A DNA stretch of 32,000 nt from contig LT962688.1 in assembly GCA_900234795.1 (NCBI GenBank), forward strand, positions 2,700,001-2,732,000, written 5' to 3'. The translations under genes were made by a program, and so were the position numbers. The stretch is from Methylorubrum extorquens (lineage in GTDB: Bacteria; Pseudomonadota; Alphaproteobacteria; Rhizobiales; Beijerinckiaceae). Of the stretch, positions 7,856 to 16,254 are shown piece after piece. Below the pieces are notes generated by a model that searched no databases, was not told the origin of the DNA, and saw only the letters and a list, made by a program, of their open reading frames with translations. Each line of letters starts with the position of its first letter. Position 1 is the stretch's first letter.

Positions 7856-8611
7856 GTGGACGGCATCATCCAAGGCCTGTCGAACTTCCGGGGAACGGTC
7901 TTTCCGGGCCAGCAGCAGATGTATCAGCGGCTGGTGCGCGACGGTCAGCAGCCCAAGGCGCTCATGATCGCCTGCGCCGAATCCCGCGTCTCGCCCGAGC
8001 ACATCATGCAGTCCGGTCCGGGCGACCTGTTCGCATGCCGGAATGCCGGCAACATCGTCCCGCCCTTCTCGCAGCAGAACGGCGGCGTGTCCTCCGCGAT
8101 CGAGTACGCGGTCGTCGCCCTCGGCGTGCTGGACATCGTGATCTGCGGTCATTCCGATTGCGGTGCCATGAAGGGGCTCATGAATCCCGAGGCGCTGGGC
8201 AATATGCCCAACGTCGCGGCGTGGCTGCGCCACAGCCATGCCGCGAAACAGATCGTCTGCGAGGCCTATCCCGAGGGCATGGACCCGAAGAAGCGCCACC
8301 GCGCCGTCGCCCTCGAGAACGTCGTGGTGCAACTCAACCATCTGCGCACCCACCCGAGCGTGGCGACGGCTCTGGCTCGCGGCAAGCTGCGCCTGCACGG
8401 CTGGTTCTTCGAAATCGAGAGCGGCCAGGTGCTCGCCTATTGCGGCGAGCGCAGCCGCTTCATCCCCATCGCCGAAGCCACGGGCGTCCCCGTCGCCCAG
8501 GCTTCGGCGTCGCGGATCGCCACACCGGAATTCGCCGGCCCCCATGCTGGTCCCCATGCCAGCCCCCAAACCGGGCCCGAACCCATCCCCCACGCTATCG
8601 CAGCGGAGTAG
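7856..8611 (+). CDS. Beta-class carbonic anhydrase (CynT/Can family) with a Pro/His-rich C-terminal tail
   Basis: Zinc-ligand motifs CAESRV (Cys codon 7973) and GHSDCGAMKG, plus LFACRNAGNIVPP. The start is uncertain: GTG at 7856 (GCGGGG 6 nt upstream) or GTG at 7835/7838. The track ORF from 7523 is Arg-rich and not credible as coding. Confidence 0.88.
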   Translation: MDGIIQGLSNFRGTVFPGQQQMYQRLVRDGQQPKALMIACAESRVSPEHIMQSGPGDLFACRNAGNIVPPFSQQNGGVSSAIEYAVVALGVLDIVICGHSDCGAMKGLMNPEALGNMPNVAAWLRHSHAAKQIVCEAYPEGMDPKKRHRAVALENVVVQLNHLRTHPSVATALARGKLRLHGWFFEIESGQVLAYCGERSRFIPIAEATGVPVAQASASRIATPEFAGPHAGPHASPQTGPEPIPHAIAAE

Positions 8612-8620
8612 ATTTTTGCT

Positions 8621-10189
8621 ATGCGCGCCTCCCTCGCCCGGCTGATGCCATCGACCATCGGCCGGGATCTTCCGGCCTCTTTCGTCGTCTTCCTCGTGGC
8701 GATGCCCCTCTGCATGGGCATCGCCATGGCCTCCGGTGTGCCCGCTGAGCGCGGCCTCATCACCGGCATCATCGGCGGTATCGTCGTCGGCTTCCTCGCC
8801 GGCTCGCCGCTTCAGGTCAGCGGCCCGGCCGCGGGCCTTGCCGTCATCGTCTTCGAATTCGTGCGTGAGCACGGCATCGACGCGCTCGGGCCGGTCCTCG
8901 TTGCGGCGGGCGCCATCCAGCTTCTCGCCGGGGCGCTCCGGGTCGGCGGCTGGTTCAGGGCGATCTCGCCGGCGGTCGTGCACGGCATGCTCGCCGGCAT
9001 CGGCATCCTGATCGTGCTGGCACAGATCCACGTGTTGACCGACGCCCTGCCCAAGGCCAGCGGCCTCGACAACCTCGTCGCCATCCCCGCCGCGTTCTTC
9101 AACTTCGTCTCCGGTCCGGACGGCAACCGCCCCGGCGCCGTGATCGTCGGCCTTGCCACCATCGTTGCGATGATCGGCTGGGAGAAGATTCGTCCGGCCA
9201 AGCTCAAGCTGATTCCCGGTGCGCTGATGGGCGTGCTGGCCGGCACCGTCGTGGCGGTCGTCGGCAGCATGGACGTCAAGCGCGTCGAGGTGCCGGAGAA
9301 CATCTTCTCCGCCGTGACCATGCCGGGAATGGGCGACTGGAGCCGCTTGGCCGAGCCGGCGATGATCCTGATGGCGGTCACCCTCGCGGTGATCGCCAGC
9401 GCGGAAAGCCTGCTCTCGGCAGCGGCGGTGGACCGGATGCATGACGGCCCGCGCACGCAGTACAACCGCGAACTCGGGGCCCAGGGCATCGGCAACATCC
9501 TCTGCGGCCTCGCGGGCGGCCTGCCGATGACCGGCGTGATCGTCCGGTCCTCGGCCAACGTCCAGGCGGGTGCGGCGACGCGCGCCTCCACCATCCTGCA
9601 CGGGAGCTGGATCCTCGCCTTCCTGCTGGTTCTGCCGATGGTGCTGAAGGTCGTGCCGACCGCCTCCCTCGCCGGCATCCTCGTGGTGACGGGCTGGCGC
9701 CTCGTGAGCCCCGCCCACGCTTTCCACCTGCACGAGCGTTACGGCCTGCCCACCGCCGCGATCTGGTTGGCGACCATGGTGATGGTTGTCGCGACCGACC
9801 TGTTGACCGGCGTTCTCACGGGCCTCGCGCTCAGCCTGCTCCAGGTGATCCCGCATTACCTGCGTGGTCCGCTCAAGATCGAGGGCGGCGCGGCGCAGAC
9901 CGTGCAGGGCGGAGCGGTTCAGGGCGTGCCGGAACTGCGGCTCTCGGGTTCGGCGACCTTCCTTCAACTGCCGCACCTCAATGCGGCGCTGGAGCGGACG
10001 CCGGAAGGCTCGCCGATCCGTCTCGCAGCACAGGATCTACGCCACGTCGATCACACCTGCCTGGAGATGATGCGGGAATGGGCGACGCGGCGGGCCAAGA
10101 CCGGTTCGCGAGTCGAGGTCGTCGGCGGCGGCGCGAGTGGCCTGCACCACAACCTCGCGATGGTCGCCCACGCCGCGCCGAAGGACTGA
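8621..10189 (+). CDS. SulP family inorganic anion (sulfate/bicarbonate) transporter with C-terminal STAS domain
   Basis: 522 aa. N-terminal SulP signature region [29 protein letters not shown], multiple TM helices and a C-terminal STAS-like segment ([19 protein letters not shown]...). It starts 10 nt after the CA stop. Confidence 0.93.
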   Translation: MRASLARLMPSTIGRDLPASFVVFLVAMPLCMGIAMASGVPAERGLITGIIGGIVVGFLAGSPLQVSGPAAGLAVIVFEFVREHGIDALGPVLVAAGAIQLLAGALRVGGWFRAISPAVVHGMLAGIGILIVLAQIHVLTDALPKASGLDNLVAIPAAFFNFVSGPDGNRPGAVIVGLATIVAMIGWEKIRPAKLKLIPGALMGVLAGTVVAVVGSMDVKRVEVPENIFSAVTMPGMGDWSRLAEPAMILMAVTLAVIASAESLLSAAAVDRMHDGPRTQYNRELGAQGIGNILCGLAGGLPMTGVIVRSSANVQAGAATRASTILHGSWILAFLLVLPMVLKVVPTASLAGILVVTGWRLVSPAHAFHLHERYGLPTAAIWLATMVMVVATDLLTGVLTGLALSLLQVIPHYLRGPLKIEGGAAQTVQGGAVQGVPELRLSGSATFLQLPHLNAALERTPEGSPIRLAAQDLRHVDHTCLEMMREWATRRAKTGSRVEVVGGGASGLHHNLAMVAHAAPKD

Positions 10190-10203
10190 CGGCAAGCGCA
10201 AAG

Positions 10204-10244
10204 GCTTCGACCCGAACGCCGGCAACCGGCTTTCGAGTCGAAGC
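10204..10244 (+). terminator. Long GC-rich hairpin downstream of SulP
   Basis: gcttcgac (10204-10211) pairs with gtcgaagc (10237-10244). The inner stem is cgaa/gccgg-caa-ccggc/ttcg. No U-tract. Confidence 0.4.
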
Positions 10245-10255
10245 TCCGGAACGAG

Positions 10256-10292
10256 AAAAGGCCGGTGCCGCTCATCGCGGTACCGGCCTTTT
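10256..10292. terminator. Bidirectional intrinsic terminator between convergent SulP and hflX
   Basis: aaaaggccggt (10256-10266) pairs with accggcctttt (10282-10292), and the stem can be extended. An A-tract precedes and a T-tract follows, so both strands read hairpin plus U-run. Confidence 0.7.
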
Positions 10293-10347
10293 CTGTTGGC
10301 TGGGGTCTTCTCTTCGCAGCGCTGCTACCCGCAAGGGGGCGAAGGCC

Positions 10348-11763
10348 CTACGCGGCCGGCGAACTCTGCGGACCGCCGACGCGCTGGGCCGCCTCGAACC
10401 GGTTGAGGAAGCGGGGCTCCTTCTCCGGGGCGATGCGGATCGTCAGCGCGATCGCGCCGCCGGTCTCGGATTGGCGGTCGAGAACCTCGGCGTTCTCGTA
10501 GAGCCAGTTGAGCGCAGCGCCGTCCTCGGGCGGAAGCGTCACGGCGAAGGTCGAGCGCGCCCGCGCCACCTGCCCCTCGATCCGCTCGGTGAGTTCCGGA
10601 AGACCTTCCCCCGTCAGCGCCGAGACGAGAATCGGTGCCGGCCCGGCCCCGCGATGCGCGGCGCTGAGATTGAGCAGACGGGTGCGCTCGCCCTCATCGA
10701 GAAGGTCGGCCTTGTTCCACACCTCGATGATGCGCTCCGCATCCGCCTCGATTCCGAGTTCGCGCAGCACGCCCTCGACATCCTCGGCCTGGGCCTGGGT
10801 GTCGCCATGCGAGACGTCGCGCACGTGGAGCAGGATGTCCGCCTCGATCACGTCTTCCAGCGTGGCGCGGAAGGCGGCGATCAGGGAGGTCGGCAGGTCG
10901 GAGATGAAGCCCACCGTGTCGGAGAGAATCACCGTCTCGCCATGCGGCAGCTTCGTCGCCCGCGCAGTCGGGTCGAGGGTGGCGAACAGCATGTCCTGCG
11001 CCCGCACCTCGGCCTTGGTCAGAGCGTTGAACAGGGTCGACTTGCCGGCATTGGTGTAGCCGACGAGCGCCACGATCGGATACGGCACCCGCGCGCGGCT
11101 CTTGCGGTGGAGGCCGCGGGTGCGGGTCACGGCTTCGAGGTCGCGCTCGATCCGGGTCATCCGCTCCTGGATCATCCGCCGATCGGCCTCGATCTGGGTC
11201 TCACCGGGGCCGCCGAGGAAGCCGAAGCCGCCGCGCTGCCGCTCCAAGTGGGTCCACGACCGCACGAGGCGGGATTTCTGATAGGCGAGATGGGCGTGCT
11301 CGACCTGGAGCGTGCCCTCGCGGGTCGAGGCGCGCCGGCCGAAGATCTCGAGGATCAGGCCGGTGCGGTCGATGACCTTGGCGCCCCAAGCCTTTTCGAG
11401 GTTGCGCTGCTGCACCGGCGAGAGCGCGCAATCCATCACCACGAGGCCGATCTCCTCGGCCTTGATGAGCCCGGCGATCTCCTCGACCCGGCCCTTGCCC
11501 AGATAGGTCGAGGGACGTGGGCGCTGGATGTGCACCGAGATCGCCCGGGTGACGTCGAGTTCGATGGCGGCCGCCAATCCGACCGCTTCGTCGAGCCGCG
11601 CCTCGTCGGAGCGCACGGTCTCCGTCTGTCCGGGGGCGAGCCGCTGAGCGGCGCGTGTGAGATAGGGGCCGAGAACCAGCGTGCGGGTCGCGGCGGCAAT
11701 CTCGCCCTCGGGGGCGGCCTTCGCCTGCAGGCGTGCTTCGCCGGGCGGAAGGATTTCAGTCAT
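10348..11763 (-). CDS. hflX: GTPase HflX
   Basis: G1 [10 protein letters not shown]3 DTVGF and G4 NKAD motifs with an HflX N-terminal domain. It lies directly downstream of hfq, the conserved arrangement. Confidence 0.95.
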   Translation of the reverse strand: MTEILPPGEARLQAKAAPEGEIAAATRTLVLGPYLTRAAQRLAPGQTETVRSDEARLDEAVGLAAAIELDVTRAISVHIQRPRPSTYLGKGRVEEIAGLIKAEEIGLVVMDCALSPVQQRNLEKAWGAKVIDRTGLILEIFGRRASTREGTLQVEHAHLAYQKSRLVRSWTHLERQRGGFGFLGGPGETQIEADRRMIQERMTRIERDLEAVTRTRGLHRKSRARVPYPIVALVGYTNAGKSTLFNALTKAEVRAQDMLFATLDPTARATKLPHGETVILSDTVGFISDLPTSLIAAFRATLEDVIEADILLHVRDVSHGDTQAQAEDVEGVLRELGIEADAERIIEVWNKADLLDEGERTRLLNLSAAHRGAGPAPILVSALTGEGLPELTERIEGQVARARSTFAVTLPPEDGAALNWLYENAEVLDRQSETGGAIALTIRIAPEKEPRFLNRFEAAQRVGGPQSSPAA

Positions 11764-11860
11764 GGCGTCTCCGTGTCATCGTTCCCTTATGTCGGAACGA
11801 TGACGCCATTTTACATCCGCTGGCTTCCGCAAATGACGGGAACCGGCCCGCTTCGCGCGC

Positions 11861-12115
11861 TCAGGCCTTTTCAGGCGCCGTTTCGTCCGGCTCGAACAGT
11901 TGCACCGGATGACCCGGCATGATCGTCGAGATTGCGTGCTTGTACACGAGCTGCGAGTGCCCGTCCCTGCGAAGAAGAACGCAGAAGTTGTCGAACCACG
12001 TCACGACACCTTGAAGCTTGACGCCATTGACGAGGAAGATCGTCAGCGGGATCTTGTTCTTGCGGACATGATTCAGGAACGTGTCCTGGAGGTTCTGAGC
12101 GCGCTCGCCCGCCAT
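11861..12115 (-). CDS. hfq: RNA chaperone Hfq
   Basis: [67 protein letters not shown] is the canonical Sm1/Sm2 sequence. Confidence 0.97.
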   Translation of the reverse strand: MAGERAQNLQDTFLNHVRKNKIPLTIFLVNGVKLQGVVTWFDNFCVLLRRDGHSQLVYKHAISTIMPGHPVQLFEPDETAPEKA

Positions 12116-12424
12116 TTCTTTTTATCCTTAGTTTCGAGACCCGCGCCACGGATCAGCACGATCCCGTGGCTGAAGCGCGGGGGCGGCGCTCTCACGTGTT
12201 GGGACCGCTTTGCCGGGCCATTTCTATTACAGGGCGAAGCTTGCCGCGATGCAAGAGGCCCCCCGCAGCGCAAAGCGTCAATATCCACCCCTTGCAACTG
12301 CTCCCGCCGCTCATTCGCCCGCCGAACCGGCGGCGGCCGTTTGAACGTCTGTCACAACACGCCCGCCGCGCCGCCGTGCCCGGGGGCAGGCGATCGGCGA
12401 GCGGGCGGTTCGCGAGGGGACGTC

Positions 12425-13795
12425 TTACGGGCCGATGCCGAGCGACTTCAGCTTCCGGTGGAGGGCCGAACGCTCCATGCCGATGAATTCGGCCGTGCGG
12501 GAGATGTTGCCGGAGAAGCGTGCGATCTGCGCGATGAGATATTCCCGCTCGAAGATCTCGCGGGCCTCGCGCAGGGCCAGGCTCATCAGCTTCTCGCCGC
12601 CCGCACCAGTCGGCGTCGTCGGCACCAGTGCGCCGATCTCGGTCGGCAGCATCTCGGAGGTGACGTCCTGATCCGGATCGCTCTGGGTCAGGATCATCAG
12701 CCGCTCGACGTTGTTGCGCAGCTGGCGGACGTTGCCGGGCCAGTCGTGCGACTGGAGCACCGCCATCGCGTCCTCGGCGATGCGTCGCCGCGGCAGGCCG
12801 GTGGCGGCCGAGATCTGCTCCATGAAGAAGGTGATGAGCTCCGGCACGTCCTCACGCCGCTCGGCCAGTGAGGGAATGCGGATCGGCACCACCGAGAGGC
12901 GGTGGAACAGGTCCTCGCGGAAGCGTCCGGCGGCGATCTCCTCCGTCAGGTCGCGGGACGAGGAGGAGATGATGCGCACATCGACATGGACGCGGGCCGT
13001 TCCGCCGACGCGCTGGAAGTTCTGATCGACGAGGACGCGCAGAATCCGGCTCTGCGTTTCCTTCGGCATGTCAGCGACTTCGTCGATGTAGAGCGAGCCG
13101 CCATGCGCCTCCTCCAGGGCGCCGACGCGCCGCACGCGGCCCTCGCCGCCCTCGACGCCGAACAGCTCGGCTTCCATCGTTTCCGGCGTGATCGTCGCCG
13201 CGTTGATGACGACAAAGGGCCCGCTTGCCCGCGAGGAGGCGGCGTGCAGGGTGCGCGCCGAGAGTTCCTTGCCGGCGCCCGGTGCCCCCGAGATCATCAC
13301 GCGGGCGTTGGTCGGCGCCACGCGCTCGATGGTCTGGCGGAGCTGGTTGACCGCGACCGAGCCGCCGACGATGCGGCTGGCCTGGCCCGAGCGGACCTTG
13401 AGGTCGCGCACCTCGCGCTTGAGGCGCGAGGCTTCGAGCGCCCGCTCGGCGACGAGGATCAGGCGGTCGGCCTTGAACGGCTTCTCGATGAAGTCGTAGG
13501 CGCCGGATTTGATCGCCGCTACCGCGGTCTCGATGTTGCCGTGGCCCGAGATCATCACCACAGGCAGGTCCGGGTGGCCCGCCTTGATGAGGTCGAGCAC
13601 CTGCAATCCGTCGAGGCGCGAGCCCTGGAGCCAGATGTCGAGGAAGACGAGGTGGGGCCGGCGCGATTCGATCGCCGCCAGCGCCTCGTCGGACCCGGCC
13701 GCGGTTCGGGTGCGATGCCCCTCGTCGTCCAGGATGCCCGCGACCAGATCGCGGATGTCGGCCTCGTCGTCGACGATCAGGATGTCGGCGCTCAT
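12425..13795 (-). CDS. ntrX: Response regulator NtrX (receiver + AAA+ + Fis-type HTH)
   Basis: Receiver ILIVDDEADIRDLV...D, Walker A GAPGAGKE, C-terminal HTH GNISRTAEFIGMERSALHRKLKSLGI. The canonical GAFTGA sigma-54 contact loop is absent (ELFGVEGGEGRVRRVG), as is typical of NtrX. There is a 4 nt overlap with ntrY. Confidence 0.9.
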   Translation of the reverse strand: MSADILIVDDEADIRDLVAGILDDEGHRTRTAAGSDEALAAIESRRPHLVFLDIWLQGSRLDGLQVLDLIKAGHPDLPVVMISGHGNIETAVAAIKSGAYDFIEKPFKADRLILVAERALEASRLKREVRDLKVRSGQASRIVGGSVAVNQLRQTIERVAPTNARVMISGAPGAGKELSARTLHAASSRASGPFVVINAATITPETMEAELFGVEGGEGRVRRVGALEEAHGGSLYIDEVADMPKETQSRILRVLVDQNFQRVGGTARVHVDVRIISSSSRDLTEEIAAGRFREDLFHRLSVVPIRIPSLAERREDVPELITFFMEQISAATGLPRRRIAEDAMAVLQSHDWPGNVRQLRNNVERLMILTQSDPDQDVTSEMLPTEIGALVPTTPTGAGGEKLMSLALREAREIFEREYLIAQIARFSGNISRTAEFIGMERSALHRKLKSLGIGP

Positions 13796-16191
13796 GGCTG
13801 CACCTCCGCGACGCGTCGCGCTTCCATGGCGTCCTCCGTATTCTTATCCATCGTTGTCCTGTCACGCGCGCCCGGTGCCGCGGAGCGATCCCGCTCCTGT
13901 CCCGCACCGGTACCGGAATTCCGTTCGTCCGGCCGTCCGACTTCCCGCGGCAGCCGCATGCGGACCTGTCCGCCGCGCCCCTCCGGGTTGTCGTTCAGCT
14001 CGATCCCCCCGCCATGCTCTTCGAGCACCTTGGAAACGATCGCGAGTCCGAGGCCGGTCCCGCCCTCGCGGGTCGTCATATAGGGTTCGAGCAAGCGCTG
14101 GCGCCCCTCTGCCGGAAAGCCTTTTCCGTTATCGGTGACTTCGATCACCACGAAGACCTCTTCGACCACCAGCGTCAGGGCGACCCGACCCTTGCCGCCA
14201 TCGGCCGTCAGCACGTCCTCCGGCACCGCCTGAACCGCCTCGACGGCGTTCTTGAGGATGTTGGTGAGCGCCTGGGAGAACAGTCGCACGTCGAAGGCGG
14301 CGACGACGCGCCCCTTCTCGTCGGCACCGACCGTTTCGAAGGGGAAATCGAGGTCGGGATGCGCCATGCGCAACATGAACAGGTTCTGGCGCGCGATCTC
14401 AGCAAGATCCTGCTGCGTAATCGCGGGCTTCGGCATCCGGGCGAAGGAGGAGAACTCGTCCACCATCCGCTTGATCTCGTCCACCTGCCGCACGATCGTG
14501 GCGGTACACTGCTCGAACACGTCCTTGTCGGTCGTGATCACTTTTCCGTACTTGCGCCGGATGCGCTCGGCCGAGAGCTGGATCGGGGTCAGCGGGTTCT
14601 TGATCTCGTGGGCGATGCGGCGGGCGACGTCGGCCCAGGCCGAGGTGCGTTGCGCCGTGACGAGATCGGTGATGTCGTCGAGCGTGACGACGTAGCCGCG
14701 CGCTTCGCCCTGCGCCTGCTCGCTGGTGACGCGGACGGCAATCGTGCGCTCGCGGCCGCCGCGTACGAGCTGGATCTGCTGCTGCAGGGCGCGGTGGCGT
14801 CCCTCGGCTTCCGGAAACAGTGCGGCGATCTCCGGCACGACATTCGTCAAAGGCTGCCCGACGAGCTCCTTAGCTGTGAGGCCCAGCGTCCGCTCCGCGC
14901 CCGGATTGGCGATGGTGATAACGCCGTCGGCATCGACGCCGAGCACGCCGGGTGAGACGCCTGACAGCACGGCCTCGGTGAAGCGGCGGCGGCGGTCGAT
15001 CAGGTCGTTGGCCGCGCGCAAGCCATCGTGCTGGCGGCGCAGCTCCTGCGTCATCGTGTTGAAGCTCTCGCCGAGATGGGCGAGATCGCCGTCGGATTTC
15101 CGCGCCGGCACGCGGGCGTAGAAATTGCCCGCGGCAACCTCGTCGGCGGCGTTGATGAGCCGGCGGATCGGGGCGACGAAACGGTTGGCGAAGTTCAGCC
15201 CGAACCAGACCGCCGAGAGCAGCGTGATCAGGGCGATCAGGATGAAGACCGAGGCGAAGGCGATCTGCACGTAGCGGCGCAGCTCGTCGAAGGTCAGGTA
15301 CTCGGCCGCCGCGGCGCGGGCGACGCCGGGAAAGTCGATGGCGAGCTGGCTCACCTCGCGCTGCACCAGCAGCACGGCGTTGTCGTAGGCCGGCATCCGC
15401 ATCAGGGCGGCGAAGACTCGCCCCTCGTTCGGCAGCAGGCAGATCGGGTCGCTCGACTTCGCCGCATCCTCGAAAGCGGCGGCCGAGGGCAGCCGCGTCT
15501 GCTTGAGCACGTCGATATTGGCGCGCGCCACCACCTCGTTCGGCCCGCGCATGATCTTGACGATCGGCAGGCCGAGCGCCTGGGCGCGCGTGGTCATGAA
15601 GCCCTCGAACCACTCACGGTTCACATCGAAATTCGGCCGCGCCCGCGTCAGGTCGTCGGCGAAGATGCGGATTTCGCGAGCGAGCGACTGGCAGTGATTC
15701 TCCTGATAGGCGTCCGCGACCTGCACCGATTTCAGCACCACATCACGGACGCGGTCGGTGAAGCCGAGCGACAGGCCGACATCGATCGTCACCGAGGCGA
15801 CGATGGCGAGCAGGATCGTCGGCAGGATCGCGATCAGGCTGAACAGGCCGACGATGCGGGTGTGCAGCCGCGCCACCGAGGCGTGGGTGCGCCGGGCATG
15901 CAGGAAGACCCGCGCCTCCCAGGCAATCACGACGACCAGCGCGAGAACGAGCGCGGCGTTGACCGAGAGCAAGGCTACGCCGGTCGTCGGCGTCCGCGTG
16001 ATCTGGATGATGCCGGCGAGGATGAGGAAGGTGACCGAGGCGGAAATCAGCGCCGTGAGCACCACCGCCGCCCCGATCCAGCCCGGCCCGCGCGGGGGTG
16101 AGTCGAACCGGCGCGCGACCGCTTCGGCGCCGTCCTCGGGGGACGGGGCATCGGACGGCACGTTTTCAGAACGTCGCGACAGAAGCGGCAT
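13792..16191 (-). CDS. ntrY: Sensor histidine kinase NtrY (TM-HAMP-PAS-HisKA-HATPase)
   Basis: N-terminal TM helices, H-box HEIKNPLTPIQLSAERI, G-box GGTGLGLAIVSKVLEEHGG. The start is either ATG at 16191 or the adjacent in-frame GTG at 16194. Confidence 0.9.
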   Translation of the reverse strand: MPLLSRRSENVPSDAPSPEDGAEAVARRFDSPPRGPGWIGAAVVLTALISASVTFLILAGIIQITRTPTTGVALLSVNAALVLALVVVIAWEARVFLHARRTHASVARLHTRIVGLFSLIAILPTILLAIVASVTIDVGLSLGFTDRVRDVVLKSVQVADAYQENHCQSLAREIRIFADDLTRARPNFDVNREWFEGFMTTRAQALGLPIVKIMRGPNEVVARANIDVLKQTRLPSAAAFEDAAKSSDPICLLPNEGRVFAALMRMPAYDNAVLLVQREVSQLAIDFPGVARAAAAEYLTFDELRRYVQIAFASVFILIALITLLSAVWFGLNFANRFVAPIRRLINAADEVAAGNFYARVPARKSDGDLAHLGESFNTMTQELRRQHDGLRAANDLIDRRRRFTEAVLSGVSPGVLGVDADGVITIANPGAERTLGLTAKELVGQPLTNVVPEIAALFPEAEGRHRALQQQIQLVRGGRERTIAVRVTSEQAQGEARGYVVTLDDITDLVTAQRTSAWADVARRIAHEIKNPLTPIQLSAERIRRKYGKVITTDKDVFEQCTATIVRQVDEIKRMVDEFSSFARMPKPAITQQDLAEIARQNLFMLRMAHPDLDFPFETVGADEKGRVVAAFDVRLFSQALTNILKNAVEAVQAVPEDVLTADGGKGRVALTLVVEEVFVVIEVTDNGKGFPAEGRQRLLEPYMTTREGGTGLGLAIVSKVLEEHGGGIELNDNPEGRGGQVRMRLPREVGRPDERNSGTGAGQERDRSAAPGARDRTTMDKNTEDAMEARRVAEVQP

Positions 16192-16254
16192 CACTGATGC
16201 GGGGCCACATCAGTGTGGCGAAATTAATACGAATCAGCCCGGATGAGGATCCGA

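Noticed and set aside
7829-9976. 715 aa ORF antisense to the carbonic anhydrase and SulP genes.
   Set aside because: The translation has no recognisable domains and extreme Arg/Gly/His/Asp content. The plus strand carries unambiguous CA zinc motifs and SulP/STAS features.
10078-11922. 614 aa plus-strand ORF across hflX.
   Set aside because: It is antisense to a canonical HflX with G1/G3/G4 motifs, and the translation is low-complexity.
12116-12424. 309 nt ntrX-hfq spacer, checked for a missing trkA remnant or a small gene.
   Set aside because: There is no ORF with coding character and no TrkA-like NAD-binding motif in any frame. Only short GC hairpins are present, so it is probably the hfq promoter/leader region.
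12902-16101. Plus-strand ORFs 12902..14083, 14014..14955 and 15028..16101 opposite ntrX/ntrY.
   Set aside because: These are antisense shadows. The minus strand has clear receiver/AAA+/HTH and HisKA/HATPase motifs.
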